This document shows positions 34,493-44,668 of a stretch of DNA of 64,000 bases, one piece after another (the stretch's first letter is position 1; each line of letters starts with the position of its first letter). The DNA lies in NCBI GenBank assembly GCA_039588295.1, contig JBDHAB010000001.1, forward strand, positions 224,001 to 288,000. Reading direction: 5' to 3'. The notes under the pieces are model-generated. The model worked only from the letters and a program-made list of their open reading frames with translations, had not been told where the DNA came from and made no database searches. The DNA is from Gemmatimonadota bacterium. Its GTDB lineage: Bacteria > Gemmatimonadota > Gemmatimonadetes > Gemmatimonadales > GWC2-71-9. Both the position numbers and the translations under genes were made by a program.

Positions 34493-36684
34493 CACGCGCG
34501 CTCCGGGGGCCGCCTCGCGGACTCCCCTCTCCCAGACGTGCCCTGCACCCATTTCTCCGACCGGCTGCCGGGGCGCTGGTAACTCAGGAGCGCGAGGGAA
34601 TGGGGCAGAACCCGGACCCCTCGGCCACGCACGACCCGTGGCGGCGTTTGCCGAGCGGTGTGCACCAAGAAATGCCAATCGCCCGGACCATTCATCTCGG
34701 GGAGGGTGAAGACGCGCGCGCGCGCGCCAGCGTTCATGAGCAGCAGCACGGTGTCGCCCTGAATGAGACGTCCTCGCTCGTCCATCTCGTCGGTTGCCTC
34801 ACCGTGCAGCAGCATCCCCAGCACGCGATGCTTCGGGCTCCGCCAGTCAGGCTCCGTCATTTCCCCGCCCTCGGGCCTGAGCCAAGTTACGTCTCGCACT
34901 CCGCCGCTCGACGCGGGGCCGCCGCTGAAGAAGCTCCGTCGGAGAAACACGGGATTCGCCAGCCGCAGCGCGAACACCCTCCGCGTGAACGCCAATAGCT
35001 CACGGGCCTCCGCATCCAGGTCCCAATCCACCCACGTGATGTCGTTGTCCTGGCAGTACGCGTTGTTGTTCCCACGTTGTGTCCGTCCCAGTTCATCGCC
35101 GTGGGACAGCATCGGAACGCCTTGGGAAAAGGCCAGCGTCGCAAGGAAGTTGCGTTTCAGCTGCTCACGGATCCGCACGACCGGCAGAGATCCTGTGGTA
35201 CCCTCTACGCCCCAGTTTGCGCTCCAGTTCGCATCCGTTCCGTCCCGGTTGTCGTCCCCGTTTGCTTCGTTGTGTTTCTGCGCATAGCTCACGACATCCT
35301 GTAGCGTGAAGCCATCGTGGCAGGTCACGAAGTTGACGCTCGCGTGGGGACTCCGCCCACGATGATTGTACAGATCGCTGCTGCCGGCCAGCCGATAGCC
35401 GAGATCGGCGAGTTGCCCGTCGTCTCCGCGCCAGAACTGACGGACGGTGTCACGGTACTTGCCGTTCCACTCTGCCCATCCGCCCGGGAAGTTCCCCACT
35501 TGATAGCCTCCCGGACCGACGTCCCACGGTTCCGCGATGAGCTTGACCTGCGACAGCACGGGATCCTGTTGGATGAAATCGAAGAACCCCTGCAACCGAT
35601 CGAGCTCGTAGAGCTCGCGTGCCAGGGCCGGTGCCAGATCGAACCGGAAGCCGTCGACATGCATCTCCTGCACCCAATACCGGAGGCTGTCCATCATCAA
35701 TTGCATGGCCCGGGCGTTCTGCATGTTGAGCGTATTGCCGGTGCCGGTGAAATCGAGATACTCTCGGGGGTTGTTAGGATCGAGACCGTAGAACGACACG
35801 TTGTCGACGCCTCGCAGGAACAACGTGGGCCCGAGCCGATTGCCTTCCGCCGTGTGATTGTACACGGCATCCAGGATCACCTCGATGCCCGAGCCATGGA
35901 GCACCTTCACCATCGTCTTGAATTCCGCAACCTGTTGCCCCAGTCCGCCCGTGGCATACCGCACATCGGGTGCGAAGAACCCGACGGTGTTGTACCCCCA
36001 GTAATTGCGGAGGCCCATCTCCGCGAGGTGATGCTCGGTCACGTGATGATGCACCGGCAGCAGTTCGAGCGTCGTAACGCCCAACTTCGTCAAATGCTCT
36101 ACGATGGGGTCGGACGCCAGTCCGAGATACGTCCCTCGCAGCCGATCCGGCACGCCCGGATGGCTCATGGTCATGCCTTTGACGTGGCACTCGTAGATGA
36201 TCGTGTGGTTCCACGGGACCCGAGGCGGTCGATCGTCACCCCAGGTGTACGCGGTGTCGACCACAACGCACTTTGGAACGAAGGGGGCGCTGTCCCGAGG
36301 ATCGAGTGACGCATCTTGGTTAGGATCGCCAACCGTGTAGCCGAACACGGCGTTATCCCAGCGGAGGTCCCCATTGATCGCCTTCGCGTAGGGATCGATC
36401 AGCAGCTTCGCAGGATTGAACCGATGACCCCGCTGCGGTTCGTACGGGCCCGACACGCGGTAGGCATAGAGCTGACCGGGACGCGCATCGGCCAGATAGA
36501 CGTGCCAGACCATGTTGGTGCGCTGCGACATCGAGATGCGCTCGACCTCCGAATCGTCGTCCCGGTTCTCGAACAGGCACAACTGGACGTCGGTCGCGTG
36601 CTCCGAGAAGACCGCGAAATTGACCCCCTCGCCATCCCACGTCGCGCCCAATGGATACGGACCGCCCGGCCGGATCCTGGTCAC
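34492..36684 (-). CDS. glgX: Glycogen debranching enzyme (isoamylase)
   Basis: PYPLGATWDGEGVNFA, NYWGYNT, VYNHTAEG, DGFRFDLA, IAEPWD, HDGFTL, GNNNAYCQDN. Confidence 0.97.
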   Translation of the reverse strand: MTRIRPGGPYPLGATWDGEGVNFAVFSEHATDVQLCLFENRDDDSEVERISMSQRTNMVWHVYLADARPGQLYAYRVSGPYEPQRGHRFNPAKLLIDPYAKAINGDLRWDNAVFGYTVGDPNQDASLDPRDSAPFVPKCVVVDTAYTWGDDRPPRVPWNHTIIYECHVKGMTMSHPGVPDRLRGTYLGLASDPIVEHLTKLGVTTLELLPVHHHVTEHHLAEMGLRNYWGYNTVGFFAPDVRYATGGLGQQVAEFKTMVKVLHGSGIEVILDAVYNHTAEGNRLGPTLFLRGVDNVSFYGLDPNNPREYLDFTGTGNTLNMQNARAMQLMMDSLRYWVQEMHVDGFRFDLAPALARELYELDRLQGFFDFIQQDPVLSQVKLIAEPWDVGPGGYQVGNFPGGWAEWNGKYRDTVRQFWRGDDGQLADLGYRLAGSSDLYNHRGRSPHASVNFVTCHDGFTLQDVVSYAQKHNEANGDDNRDGTDANWSANWGVEGTTGSLPVVRIREQLKRNFLATLAFSQGVPMLSHGDELGRTQRGNNNAYCQDNDITWVDWDLDAEARELLAFTRRVFALRLANPVFLRRSFFSGGPASSGGVRDVTWLRPEGGEMTEPDWRSPKHRVLGMLLHGEATDEMDERGRLIQGDTVLLLMNAGARARVFTLPEMNGPGDWHFLVHTARQTPPRVVRGRGVRVLPHSLALLSYQRPGSRSEKWVQGTSGRGESARRPPERA

Positions 36685-36881
36685 AGGCCAGCTCTCACTG
36701 GAGCGGGGGCTCCGGGCATCGGCGCCGTGATGGAGAGCCACGAGCCGCTCCTTGACGACACGCCCTCCGGTCCGAGATGGCCCGGGAGTCGATCGAGCCG
36801 TGGGGTACACACGGTGAACCACCGGCTTCCGTCGTCGCGCACCGTCGCGCCCTGATCGAGTGTCCGGGCCATCGCCCTCAC
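36681..36881 (-). pseudogene. Probable internally deleted treZ remnant / coupling mini-ORF
   Basis: MARTLDQGATVRDDGSRWFTVCTPR resembles the GH13 CBM48 N-terminus (GA....G..F.VWAP); GTGA overlaps with both treS and glgX. Confidence 0.5.
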
Positions 36882-39800
36882 GATCCCGGATCGCGATCGA
36901 CGAGCTGCGCGATGCCACGGAGCGGAATGCGCACCCAGTCAGGGCGGTTGTTGAGCTCGTACGCGAGTTCGTACAGCGCTTTGTCGAGCAGATGGGTGTC
37001 GAGCAGGACGCGCCGCTCATCCGCCGTCTTGGGAAGGAAGGCCGCACTACCCGCCGTCTCCACGTATGCCTGCAGAAACGCGGTGCCAACCCACGCGCAC
37101 CAATATCCCGCCCACTGCTCCAGCGACGCCATATCCTCGGACCGCACTCGGCCGGAGAGCAATGCCGACACCGACGCGTAGTGGAAGGAACGGAGCATGC
37201 CCGCGACGTCTCTCAAGGGGGAGCGCTTGAGGCGCCGCTCACCGAGTGGCCGCGCCGGCTCCCCCTCGAAGTCCAGAATCACGAAATCGCGTCCGGTGTA
37301 GAGGACTTGCCCAAGGTGATAGTCGCCGTGGCACCGAGTCCGTACCGCCTTGATCTTGCGATCCAACAGCGACCGGAGCCGCCGAGAGATCTCGGCACGG
37401 GCGTTCAGCACCTCGCGCGCCAGCGCGCGCTCCTCCTTCGGGACGTGCCGGAGCCGTTTGTCGAGCACACTGAGCGACTGCTCCGCCCGGGAACGTACGG
37501 ACTGATACAACGAGCGTTGATACATCGTGCTGAACGCTTCCGGCGCAAATGCTGGATCGTCGGTTCGCGAGGCGAGGGCGAGGTGTAACGACGCAGTCCG
37601 GTCCCCCAACATGCGCGCCGACTCCAGGTACAGCCCAATGCGGTCCCGTGCCGCGGGAGGGATCTCGTCACTGAGTCGTTCGACGATGTGAGTGCGGGGG
37701 GTTGCCTCGGTTTCCCCGGCCCGAGCACGCGCGGCGACCTGTTCGAAATACCGCCCGAGCGCATCGAGCGTGTACTGCCATGCGTCTCCCTCGTTCGGCA
37801 CAAACCGATGAATGATGCCCAGCGTCACGGGCTCGCCACGAGACCGGCGGTACTCGAAGCCGCCTGCCACCGGCGCCATGTCCTTGTACGCCGTCCGTTC
37901 GGTGAGGAACCGGCCAATTTCGAGATCCGGGTTCACACCGGCGTCCACGCGACGCAACACCTTCATGATCAAGCGATCGCCGAAGGTGCAGGACGTGTTA
38001 CTCTGCTCCGCCCCAAGGACCTCCGCCTGCAGGGTCTCACTCGCCTCGCGGACCTGTGCCTGAAAGCCCCGGGTCGTGAAGCCGGCCACTTCGCCGTGCG
38101 TCCCCTTGAGTCGTCGCTTGCGTCCTCCAAGCGCTGCCAGACTCGCCGCGAACCGCGGCTCGTACAGCGCGTCGTACAACAGGCCTGTTCGGTCTCCGTC
38201 TGGCGATCGCTCCGTGACCTGCGCGATCACCGCCTGCGGATGGGCCTCGGACACCTCCGTTGCCTGGTCGTCCACCGCGAGCCCCAGCGGCAGGAGATAC
38301 GTCTCCGGATCCCCGTCGGCATACGTCACCTCCACAAACACTAAATGGGCCGCGGTGTCACGCGTCGGTACGGCAACTGCCTCGGCGATGCGGACCGACA
38401 AGACTTGCCGCGCTTTGCCGCCGAACCACCGGCACGTCTTCAGATATCCAGGTAACATCCGCTCCAGCAGCTTTGCCTGCTTGCCGGAGAGGAGCGCGTG
38501 CCAGGGCCCGTCGACTGACACGTGCCGCTGGGACACCGATGTCACCACGGCCGGTTCCTCTGCTGCGGTGGCGGGTTGGAGATCGAGCCAATAGAACGCG
38601 TGCGGGCTGAGGGTGACGAAGTAGGGCGACTCGCCGATGAACGGGAACCGCATGCCACCAAACATCTCTACGGGTACCATCCCGCGATGCTTGGCCAGAT
38701 CTAGCTCGACGCACTGGACGAAGCGCGACAGATTCGCCACGATCAACACGCGCGCGTCCTGGTACTCGCGCACGAAGGCGAGAATCTTGTGATTGTCCGG
38801 CTGAAGAAACTCGATCGTGCCGCGCCCAAACACCGCCGACTCCTTCCGGAGTGCCAGCAGCCGCTTCATGTACCAGAGGAGTGAGTTCGCGTTGCCTTGT
38901 TGTGCCTCGACATTCAGTGCCTCGTAGTGGTACTCTGGATCGATGATGACCGGCAGATAGAGCTGCTGGGGGTTGCTGCGCGAGAAACCCGCATTGCGAT
39001 CGGCACTCCACTGCATTGGTGTGCGGACGCCGTTCCGATCACCAAGATAGATGTTGTCACCCATCCCGATCTCGTCACCATAGTAGATCGCCGGCGTTCC
39101 GGGCAGCGAGAGCAGCAGGCTGTTCATGAGTTCGATGCGCCGGCGGTTGCGGCCCATGAGCGGCGCCAGGCGGCGACGAATCCCCAGGTTCACACGAGCA
39201 CGAGGATCTTGGGCGTAGACACGGTACATGTAGTCCCGGTCCTCGTCGGTTACCATCTCCAGTGTCAGTTCGTCGTGGTTGCGAAGGAAGATGGCCCACT
39301 GAGTGCTGTCGGGGATTGGCGGGGTTTGGTTTAGGATGTCGACAATCGGGAAGCGATCCTCCATCTGGATGCCCATGAAGAGGCGCGGCATGACGGGGAA
39401 ATGAAACGCCATGTGGCATTCGTCACCCTCCCCAAAGTACGCAACCGCATCCTCGGGCCATTGGTTTGCCTCTGCGAGCAGCATCCGATCGCCGTATTTG
39501 TCGTCGACGCGCTTCCGTAGCTGCTTCAAGAACGCATGCGTCTCCGGCAGATTCTCGCAATTGGTTCCTTCCCGTTCGTACAAATACGGCACCGCGTCGA
39601 GTCTCAAGCCGTCCACACCCATCCCAAACCAGAAATCCACGAGCTGGAACACTGCTCGGCGCACCGCCGGGCTATCGAAATTGAGATCCGGTTGGTGAGA
39701 ATAGAACCGATGCCAAAAGTAGGCGTGCGCAACCGGATCCCACACCCAGTTGGAGTGCTCGAAATCCTTGAAAATGATCCGCGCCTCGGCGTACTTGTCG

Positions 39801-40204
39801 GGCGAGTCGCTCCATACATAGAAGTCGCGGTGCCGGCTGCCCGGCCGGGCGCGCCGCGCCCGTTGGAACCAGGGGTGCTGATCGGACGTGTGGTTGATCA
39901 CGAGTTCCGTGATGACGCGAATCTCGCGCCGGTGCGCCTCCTTCAGAAACGCCTTGAAGTCGCGCAACGTGCCGTAGTCGGGATGGATATCTCGGTAGTC
40001 AGCGATGTCATAACCATCGTCGCGCAGCGGCGAGGGATAGAACGGCTGCAGCCAGACGGCCGTGACTCCAAGATCTTCGATGTAGTCGAGCTTCGACGTG
40101 AGCCCGCGGAAATCGCCAATGCCGTCACCGTTACTGTCCTGAAACGCGCGGACGTGAATCTGATAGATGGTGGCGTCCTTGTACCAGTCCGAACCGGAGG
40201 TCAC
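36878..40204 (-). CDS. treS: Trehalose synthase fused to maltokinase (TreS-Pep2/Mak)
   Basis: WYKDA.IYQ, DDGYDI, DGLRLDAVPYL, AEANQWP, FLRNHDELTLE; C-terminal EQSNTS, HGDYHLGQV, DFEGEP, RDVAGMLRSF. Confidence 0.97.
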   Translation of the reverse strand: MTSGSDWYKDATIYQIHVRAFQDSNGDGIGDFRGLTSKLDYIEDLGVTAVWLQPFYPSPLRDDGYDIADYRDIHPDYGTLRDFKAFLKEAHRREIRVITELVINHTSDQHPWFQRARRARPGSRHRDFYVWSDSPDKYAEARIIFKDFEHSNWVWDPVAHAYFWHRFYSHQPDLNFDSPAVRRAVFQLVDFWFGMGVDGLRLDAVPYLYEREGTNCENLPETHAFLKQLRKRVDDKYGDRMLLAEANQWPEDAVAYFGEGDECHMAFHFPVMPRLFMGIQMEDRFPIVDILNQTPPIPDSTQWAIFLRNHDELTLEMVTDEDRDYMYRVYAQDPRARVNLGIRRRLAPLMGRNRRRIELMNSLLLSLPGTPAIYYGDEIGMGDNIYLGDRNGVRTPMQWSADRNAGFSRSNPQQLYLPVIIDPEYHYEALNVEAQQGNANSLLWYMKRLLALRKESAVFGRGTIEFLQPDNHKILAFVREYQDARVLIVANLSRFVQCVELDLAKHRGMVPVEMFGGMRFPFIGESPYFVTLSPHAFYWLDLQPATAAEEPAVVTSVSQRHVSVDGPWHALLSGKQAKLLERMLPGYLKTCRWFGGKARQVLSVRIAEAVAVPTRDTAAHLVFVEVTYADGDPETYLLPLGLAVDDQATEVSEAHPQAVIAQVTERSPDGDRTGLLYDALYEPRFAASLAALGGRKRRLKGTHGEVAGFTTRGFQAQVREASETLQAEVLGAEQSNTSCTFGDRLIMKVLRRVDAGVNPDLEIGRFLTERTAYKDMAPVAGGFEYRRSRGEPVTLGIIHRFVPNEGDAWQYTLDALGRYFEQVAARARAGETEATPRTHIVERLSDEIPPAARDRIGLYLESARMLGDRTASLHLALASRTDDPAFAPEAFSTMYQRSLYQSVRSRAEQSLSVLDKRLRHVPKEERALAREVLNARAEISRRLRSLLDRKIKAVRTRCHGDYHLGQVLYTGRDFVILDFEGEPARPLGERRLKRSPLRDVAGMLRSFHYASVSALLSGRVRSEDMASLEQWAGYWCAWVGTAFLQAYVETAGSAAFLPKTADERRVLLDTHLLDKALYELAYELNNRPDWVRIPLRGIAQLVDRDPGS

Positions 40205-40217
40205 GCTGACTCCTCGC

Positions 40218-42176
40218 TCAGCGCACCACGCGCATGACGTGGCCGACGTGCTGGGCCGGATCTAAGCCGACATGGATCCACTCACCGCTCCACGAGTGCC
40301 GCTCCCCCGTCAGGAGGTCGTCGACCGCGTACGGCGCATCGGCTGGCAGGCCCCACTGCTGCATCGGGACCTGCACGCGCCCGGCCTGGGCCGCCTGTGG
40401 ATCGAGATTCACGACGACGAACAAATCGTTGCCCCATGCAGACCGGCTGTAACACAGCAACCGCTCGTTCTCGCTGCCGTGAAACGCCAAGCCCTCCTGA
40501 CGCTGTAGCGCGGGATTCTCCCGCCGCAGCCGATTGATCAGCTTCAGGTCGTCGTTGATGTTGCCGGGAGCGTCCCAGTCCCGCACACGTATCTCGTACT
40601 TCTCGGAGTTCAGGTATTCCTCGCTTCTCGGTTCGCGCGGTTCGTTCTCGCACAGCTCGAAGCCACTGTAGATGCCGTACGCCGGTGAAAGTGTTGCGGC
40701 CAACAGGAGCCGTACCCGGAAGGCGGGGCGGCCGCCCCGCTGCAAGTACTCGTGCAGGATATCGGGGGTGTTGGCGAACAGGTTGCCGCGAAAGTACTCG
40801 ATCAGCGGGGCTCGACTCAGCTCCGTGAAGTACTCACGCAGCTCGTGAGACGTGTTCTTCCACGTGAAGTGGGTGTACGACTGCGTGAAGCCCAGCTTGG
40901 CCAGTTGGAACATGCGCTTGGGCCGAGTGAATGCTTCGGCGAGAAACACGACGTCCGGGTGCTCGCGTTGCACGCTGTCGATGATCCATTCCCAGAACAC
41001 GAACGGCTTGGTATGCGGGTTGTCGACGCGAAAGGTCCGCACGCCTCGCGCGATCCAGAAGTCGAAAATCTCCTTGCAGGCGTTCCACAGGCCTTGCCGA
41101 TCCTCACACCAGAAGTCCAGCGGATAGATGTCATGGTATTTCTTGGGGGGATTCTCCGCATACTTGATCGAGCCGTCAGGACGGTGCACGAACCACTCGG
41201 GATGCTCCTGGACCCATGGGTGGTCGGGCGAGCACTGCAAAGCGTAGTCGAGAGCCACTTCCATGCCGAGCGCCTCGGCAGCGCGCGCGAAACACTCGAA
41301 ATCCGCCACCGTGCCGAGCTGCGGCTCGACGGCCATGTGCCCGCCGTGGTCGCTCCCGATCGCCCACGGGCTGCCGGGATCACCCGGCTTCGCGACGAGG
41401 GCGTTGTTGCGGCCCTTGCGGAACGTCTGCCCAACCGGATGAATCGGCGGCAGATACACGACATCGAAGCCGAGATCGGCAATACGCGACAGTTCGCGCT
41501 CGGCCTCCTTGAACGTCCCGTGCTTGCCGGGGGCGCCGCTCTGCGATCTGGGAAACATCTCGTACCACGCGGCGGTCCGAGCACGTTCCCGGTCGACCAC
41601 GATGCTGAACTCCACGTCGCTCGACGTGACCTGTGCTTCATCGACGTAACCCGTCATGAGCGCGCGAACCTCCGGATCGAGACCCTCCGCGATCCGAGCT
41701 TCGGAATCTCCCGATGCGTCCTCGAGGATCGTTGCCGTCCGATGCAGTCGCTCGGCGGCTTCACCCCGGGCCCGGCTGGCGGCCCCCTCGACGATCGATG
41801 CTCCTTCGGTTAGCTCGACGGACACATCGAGGCCCGCGTGAACTTTCTTTTCCAAGCCGGCTCGCCAGGTGTCGAATACGTCCGTCCACGCATCGACCGC
41901 GAAGGTCCACCTACCGACCCGATCGAGCACGAACTCACCGTGCCACCGGTCGGTGTCGTGATCGTATGTCATCTGAATCCGGTGCCAGCGTCGGTCGCTG
42001 GGACCACGCACGCGTATCCGTGCGGCAATGTGGTCGTGTCCCTCCTTGAAGATGTCCGCACCGACATGGCAGAGGTCGCCCACGGATCGTTTGGCAGCAT
42101 GCCGCCCGCCATCGACGGACGGGGTCACATGCTCAATGACGAACATCGGCAGTGCTACCGGTGAGTTGGGGGTCAC
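40218..42176 (-). CDS. glgE: Alpha-1,4-glucan:maltose-1-phosphate maltosyltransferase
   Basis: WYEMFPRS, YLPPIHP, PGSPWAIG, YAENPPKKY, FRVDNPHTKP, NTPDIL, EEYLNSEKYE. Confidence 0.97.
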   Translation of the reverse strand: MTPNSPVALPMFVIEHVTPSVDGGRHAAKRSVGDLCHVGADIFKEGHDHIAARIRVRGPSDRRWHRIQMTYDHDTDRWHGEFVLDRVGRWTFAVDAWTDVFDTWRAGLEKKVHAGLDVSVELTEGASIVEGAASRARGEAAERLHRTATILEDASGDSEARIAEGLDPEVRALMTGYVDEAQVTSSDVEFSIVVDRERARTAAWYEMFPRSQSGAPGKHGTFKEAERELSRIADLGFDVVYLPPIHPVGQTFRKGRNNALVAKPGDPGSPWAIGSDHGGHMAVEPQLGTVADFECFARAAEALGMEVALDYALQCSPDHPWVQEHPEWFVHRPDGSIKYAENPPKKYHDIYPLDFWCEDRQGLWNACKEIFDFWIARGVRTFRVDNPHTKPFVFWEWIIDSVQREHPDVVFLAEAFTRPKRMFQLAKLGFTQSYTHFTWKNTSHELREYFTELSRAPLIEYFRGNLFANTPDILHEYLQRGGRPAFRVRLLLAATLSPAYGIYSGFELCENEPREPRSEEYLNSEKYEIRVRDWDAPGNINDDLKLINRLRRENPALQRQEGLAFHGSENERLLCYSRSAWGNDLFVVVNLDPQAAQAGRVQVPMQQWGLPADAPYAVDDLLTGERHSWSGEWIHVGLDPAQHVGHVMRVVR

Positions 42177-42255
42177 GCACGCATCCGCCTCCCGAGAGTA
42201 CGATGGACAGCCGCCTGGGCGTCCGGGTCGACAACCCGCTGACCGCGAGGTAGGC

Positions 42256-44412
42256 TCACGCCGTGGGTGGCAAATCTACCTGGTTCTCACGGTGGATCGT
42301 CGGCAGGTAGTAATCCGTGGCGTACTCCTGAAGCATCCGCCGAGCCGTGAACTGCCGGCCCGCCACGTGAATCGCGTGCTTCATCCGCCGGACCCAGCCC
42401 ACCGGGACACCGTGGCGGTCCCGCTCGTAGAACAGTGGGATCACGTCTTGTTCGAGGGTCGAGCAGCAGTGCTCAGCGTCCCACGCATCCGCATCCCGGT
42501 CCGGCGGGGCCTCTTGAATGAGCCAGCCGTTCTCGCCCGTCCACCCCTCCGCCCACCATCCATCGTTCGTTCCGATCTGGGGAACGCCATTGAGGGCCGC
42601 TTTCATGCCGCTGGTGCCACAGGCTTCGAGCGGGACGCGCGGCAAATTCACCCACACGTCGACCCCCTGCACCAACCGGTGCGCCAGGTGCAACTCGTAG
42701 TCTTCGAGAAAGGCGATGCGTCCCTCGAACTGCGGATCCCTGGCAAAGGCGTACACGCGCTGGAGGATGCGCTTGCCCTCCTCGTCGGCGGGGTGCGCCT
42801 TGCCGGCGAAGATGATCTGCACGGGCCTCCAAGGATCCGTGACCAGCCGCTTCAGCCGTTCCGGATCACGAAACAGCAGGTCGGCCCTCTTGTACGCTGC
42901 AAACCGCCGCGCGAAGCCCAGGGTCAGCGCATCGGGGCTCAGCAGGGTGCCAGCACCAACCAGGTGCGCTGCGTCGGGCCACTGCTCACGCCAGCGTCGC
43001 CGAGCCTCGTCGTCGATGAACCCCATGAGCCGGTCCTTGAGCTCCCGATGCGCCGCCCACAGCCGAGCATCGTCGACCGCGATGATGCGCTCCCACAGCC
43101 CCGGTGCGTCCGGGCGCCAACCCCAGTCCTCGCCCAAGTGCTCGTCCAGCAGCTCCATGACCGGCTGCGCCATCCAGGTGGCAAGGTGTACCCCGTTCGT
43201 CACGTGGCCCATCGGGACGGCATCGGCGTCACGATCGGGCCAGAGGCACTGCCACATTGTCCGGGTGACCGTAGCGTGCCGCGCGGACACCCCGTTCACC
43301 CGGCCCGACAACCGAATGGCCGCGACGGTCATATGGAATCGGTTCCCATCCCGTTCCGGATGGCGACCGAGCTGCATGAACTGGTCCTTGGTGAGGCCGA
43401 TCTCGTTCCACACGGGCCCGATCGACCGCTCGATCTGATCGACCTCGAAGACGTCGTGACCGGCCGGGACCGGCGTGTGAGTCGTGAAAACGCTCGTTGC
43501 CCGCAAACGCGCGATCGCCTGATCAAACGGTGTCCCTCGCGAGACGAACTCCCCCAAACGCTCCAGCAACATGAACGCGGCGTGCCCCTCGTTGACGTGC
43601 CAGACCACCGGCTCGATACCGAGGGCTCGGAGTACCCGTACGCCGCCAACGCCGAGAATCCATTCCTGGCGCACGCGGAGTCCCGGCCCTCCGGCGTACA
43701 GCTTGTGGAGCAACTCCCGGTCTGCGGCGTGGTTCTCTTCCAAGTCGGTATCGAGGAAGTACATCGGCACCCGACCAACGGTGAGGCGCCAGGCACCGAT
43801 GTACACCACGCGGCCGTCGTTCCTGACGTTGGCGAGAAACGGTTCCCCGTTCGGGCCCGAGAGACGCTCGAGCGGCGTGGTGGCCGGATCGAAGTCGACG
43901 TCGCTGTCTTCCTGCCACCCGTCGAGGCGGACTCGTTGGTCGAAGTATCCTCGCGTGTACAGCAATCCGACGGCCACGAGTGGGATACCGAGATCCGACG
44001 CTGCCTTGCAGTGGTCACCCGCCAGCACCCCGAGTCCACCGGAGTAAATGGGCACGGCGTTGTGCAACGCGTACTCGGCGGAGAAGTAGGCGACCGCGCC
44101 TTCGGGAGACCCCGGTTCGAGGTTGCGAAACCAGGTGTCGCGCGTCGACCGCTCGTGCTCGACCTCGGTCATGACATCGTCATACAGCGCGAGGAAGGCC
44201 GATTCGGTAGCGCAGGCCTCCAGCCGTTCATCCGCTACCTGTTGCAGCATCGTCACCGGATTGTGTCGGGTGAGTCGCCAGAGGGTGGGATCGAGGGCAC
44301 GGAAGAGGTCGCGGGCGTTCCGTTTCCAGCTCCACGTCAGATTCGTGGCCACGTCGACCAGGCCGTGAATCCGTTTCGGCAGCCGGCCGGCGATGCCTGA
44401 GGGTTGCGTCAT
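42256..44412 (-). CDS. glgP: Alpha-glucan phosphorylase
   Basis: YSGGLGVLAGD, NEGHAAF, FTTHTPVPAGHD, ARRFA.YKR, AGKAHPAD, EACGTSGMKA. Confidence 0.96.
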   Translation of the reverse strand: MTQPSGIAGRLPKRIHGLVDVATNLTWSWKRNARDLFRALDPTLWRLTRHNPVTMLQQVADERLEACATESAFLALYDDVMTEVEHERSTRDTWFRNLEPGSPEGAVAYFSAEYALHNAVPIYSGGLGVLAGDHCKAASDLGIPLVAVGLLYTRGYFDQRVRLDGWQEDSDVDFDPATTPLERLSGPNGEPFLANVRNDGRVVYIGAWRLTVGRVPMYFLDTDLEENHAADRELLHKLYAGGPGLRVRQEWILGVGGVRVLRALGIEPVVWHVNEGHAAFMLLERLGEFVSRGTPFDQAIARLRATSVFTTHTPVPAGHDVFEVDQIERSIGPVWNEIGLTKDQFMQLGRHPERDGNRFHMTVAAIRLSGRVNGVSARHATVTRTMWQCLWPDRDADAVPMGHVTNGVHLATWMAQPVMELLDEHLGEDWGWRPDAPGLWERIIAVDDARLWAAHRELKDRLMGFIDDEARRRWREQWPDAAHLVGAGTLLSPDALTLGFARRFAAYKRADLLFRDPERLKRLVTDPWRPVQIIFAGKAHPADEEGKRILQRVYAFARDPQFEGRIAFLEDYELHLAHRLVQGVDVWVNLPRVPLEACGTSGMKAALNGVPQIGTNDGWWAEGWTGENGWLIQEAPPDRDADAWDAEHCCSTLEQDVIPLFYERDRHGVPVGWVRRMKHAIHVAGRQFTARRMLQEYATDYYLPTIHRENQVDLPPTA

Positions 44413-44668
44413 GGAGGTGAAATAAGCGCCGTCCGGCGCGCTTTGGAAGTGCCGGTGCGTCGAGACACTCTGCCGTTGACGCGTCCCGGGGGCGGCCTTC
44501 GCCGGGCGTCGGTCACAGTGATGCCGCCTCCCGATTCAGCCGGGAGGCGGAGCCAATCCCTCATCGCGCCCCCCGCGGTGGCTCCGGAAAGTTTGAGGGC
44601 TGGGGCTGCCGGCTACATTGAACGGTTCACGTTCACATGCGAATCGCCTCCGGCCGAGGACGCTCCTC

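Noticed and set aside
42028..44400. 790-aa + strand ORF
   Set aside because: Antisense shadow of glgP, expected from high-GC codon bias; no recognisable motifs
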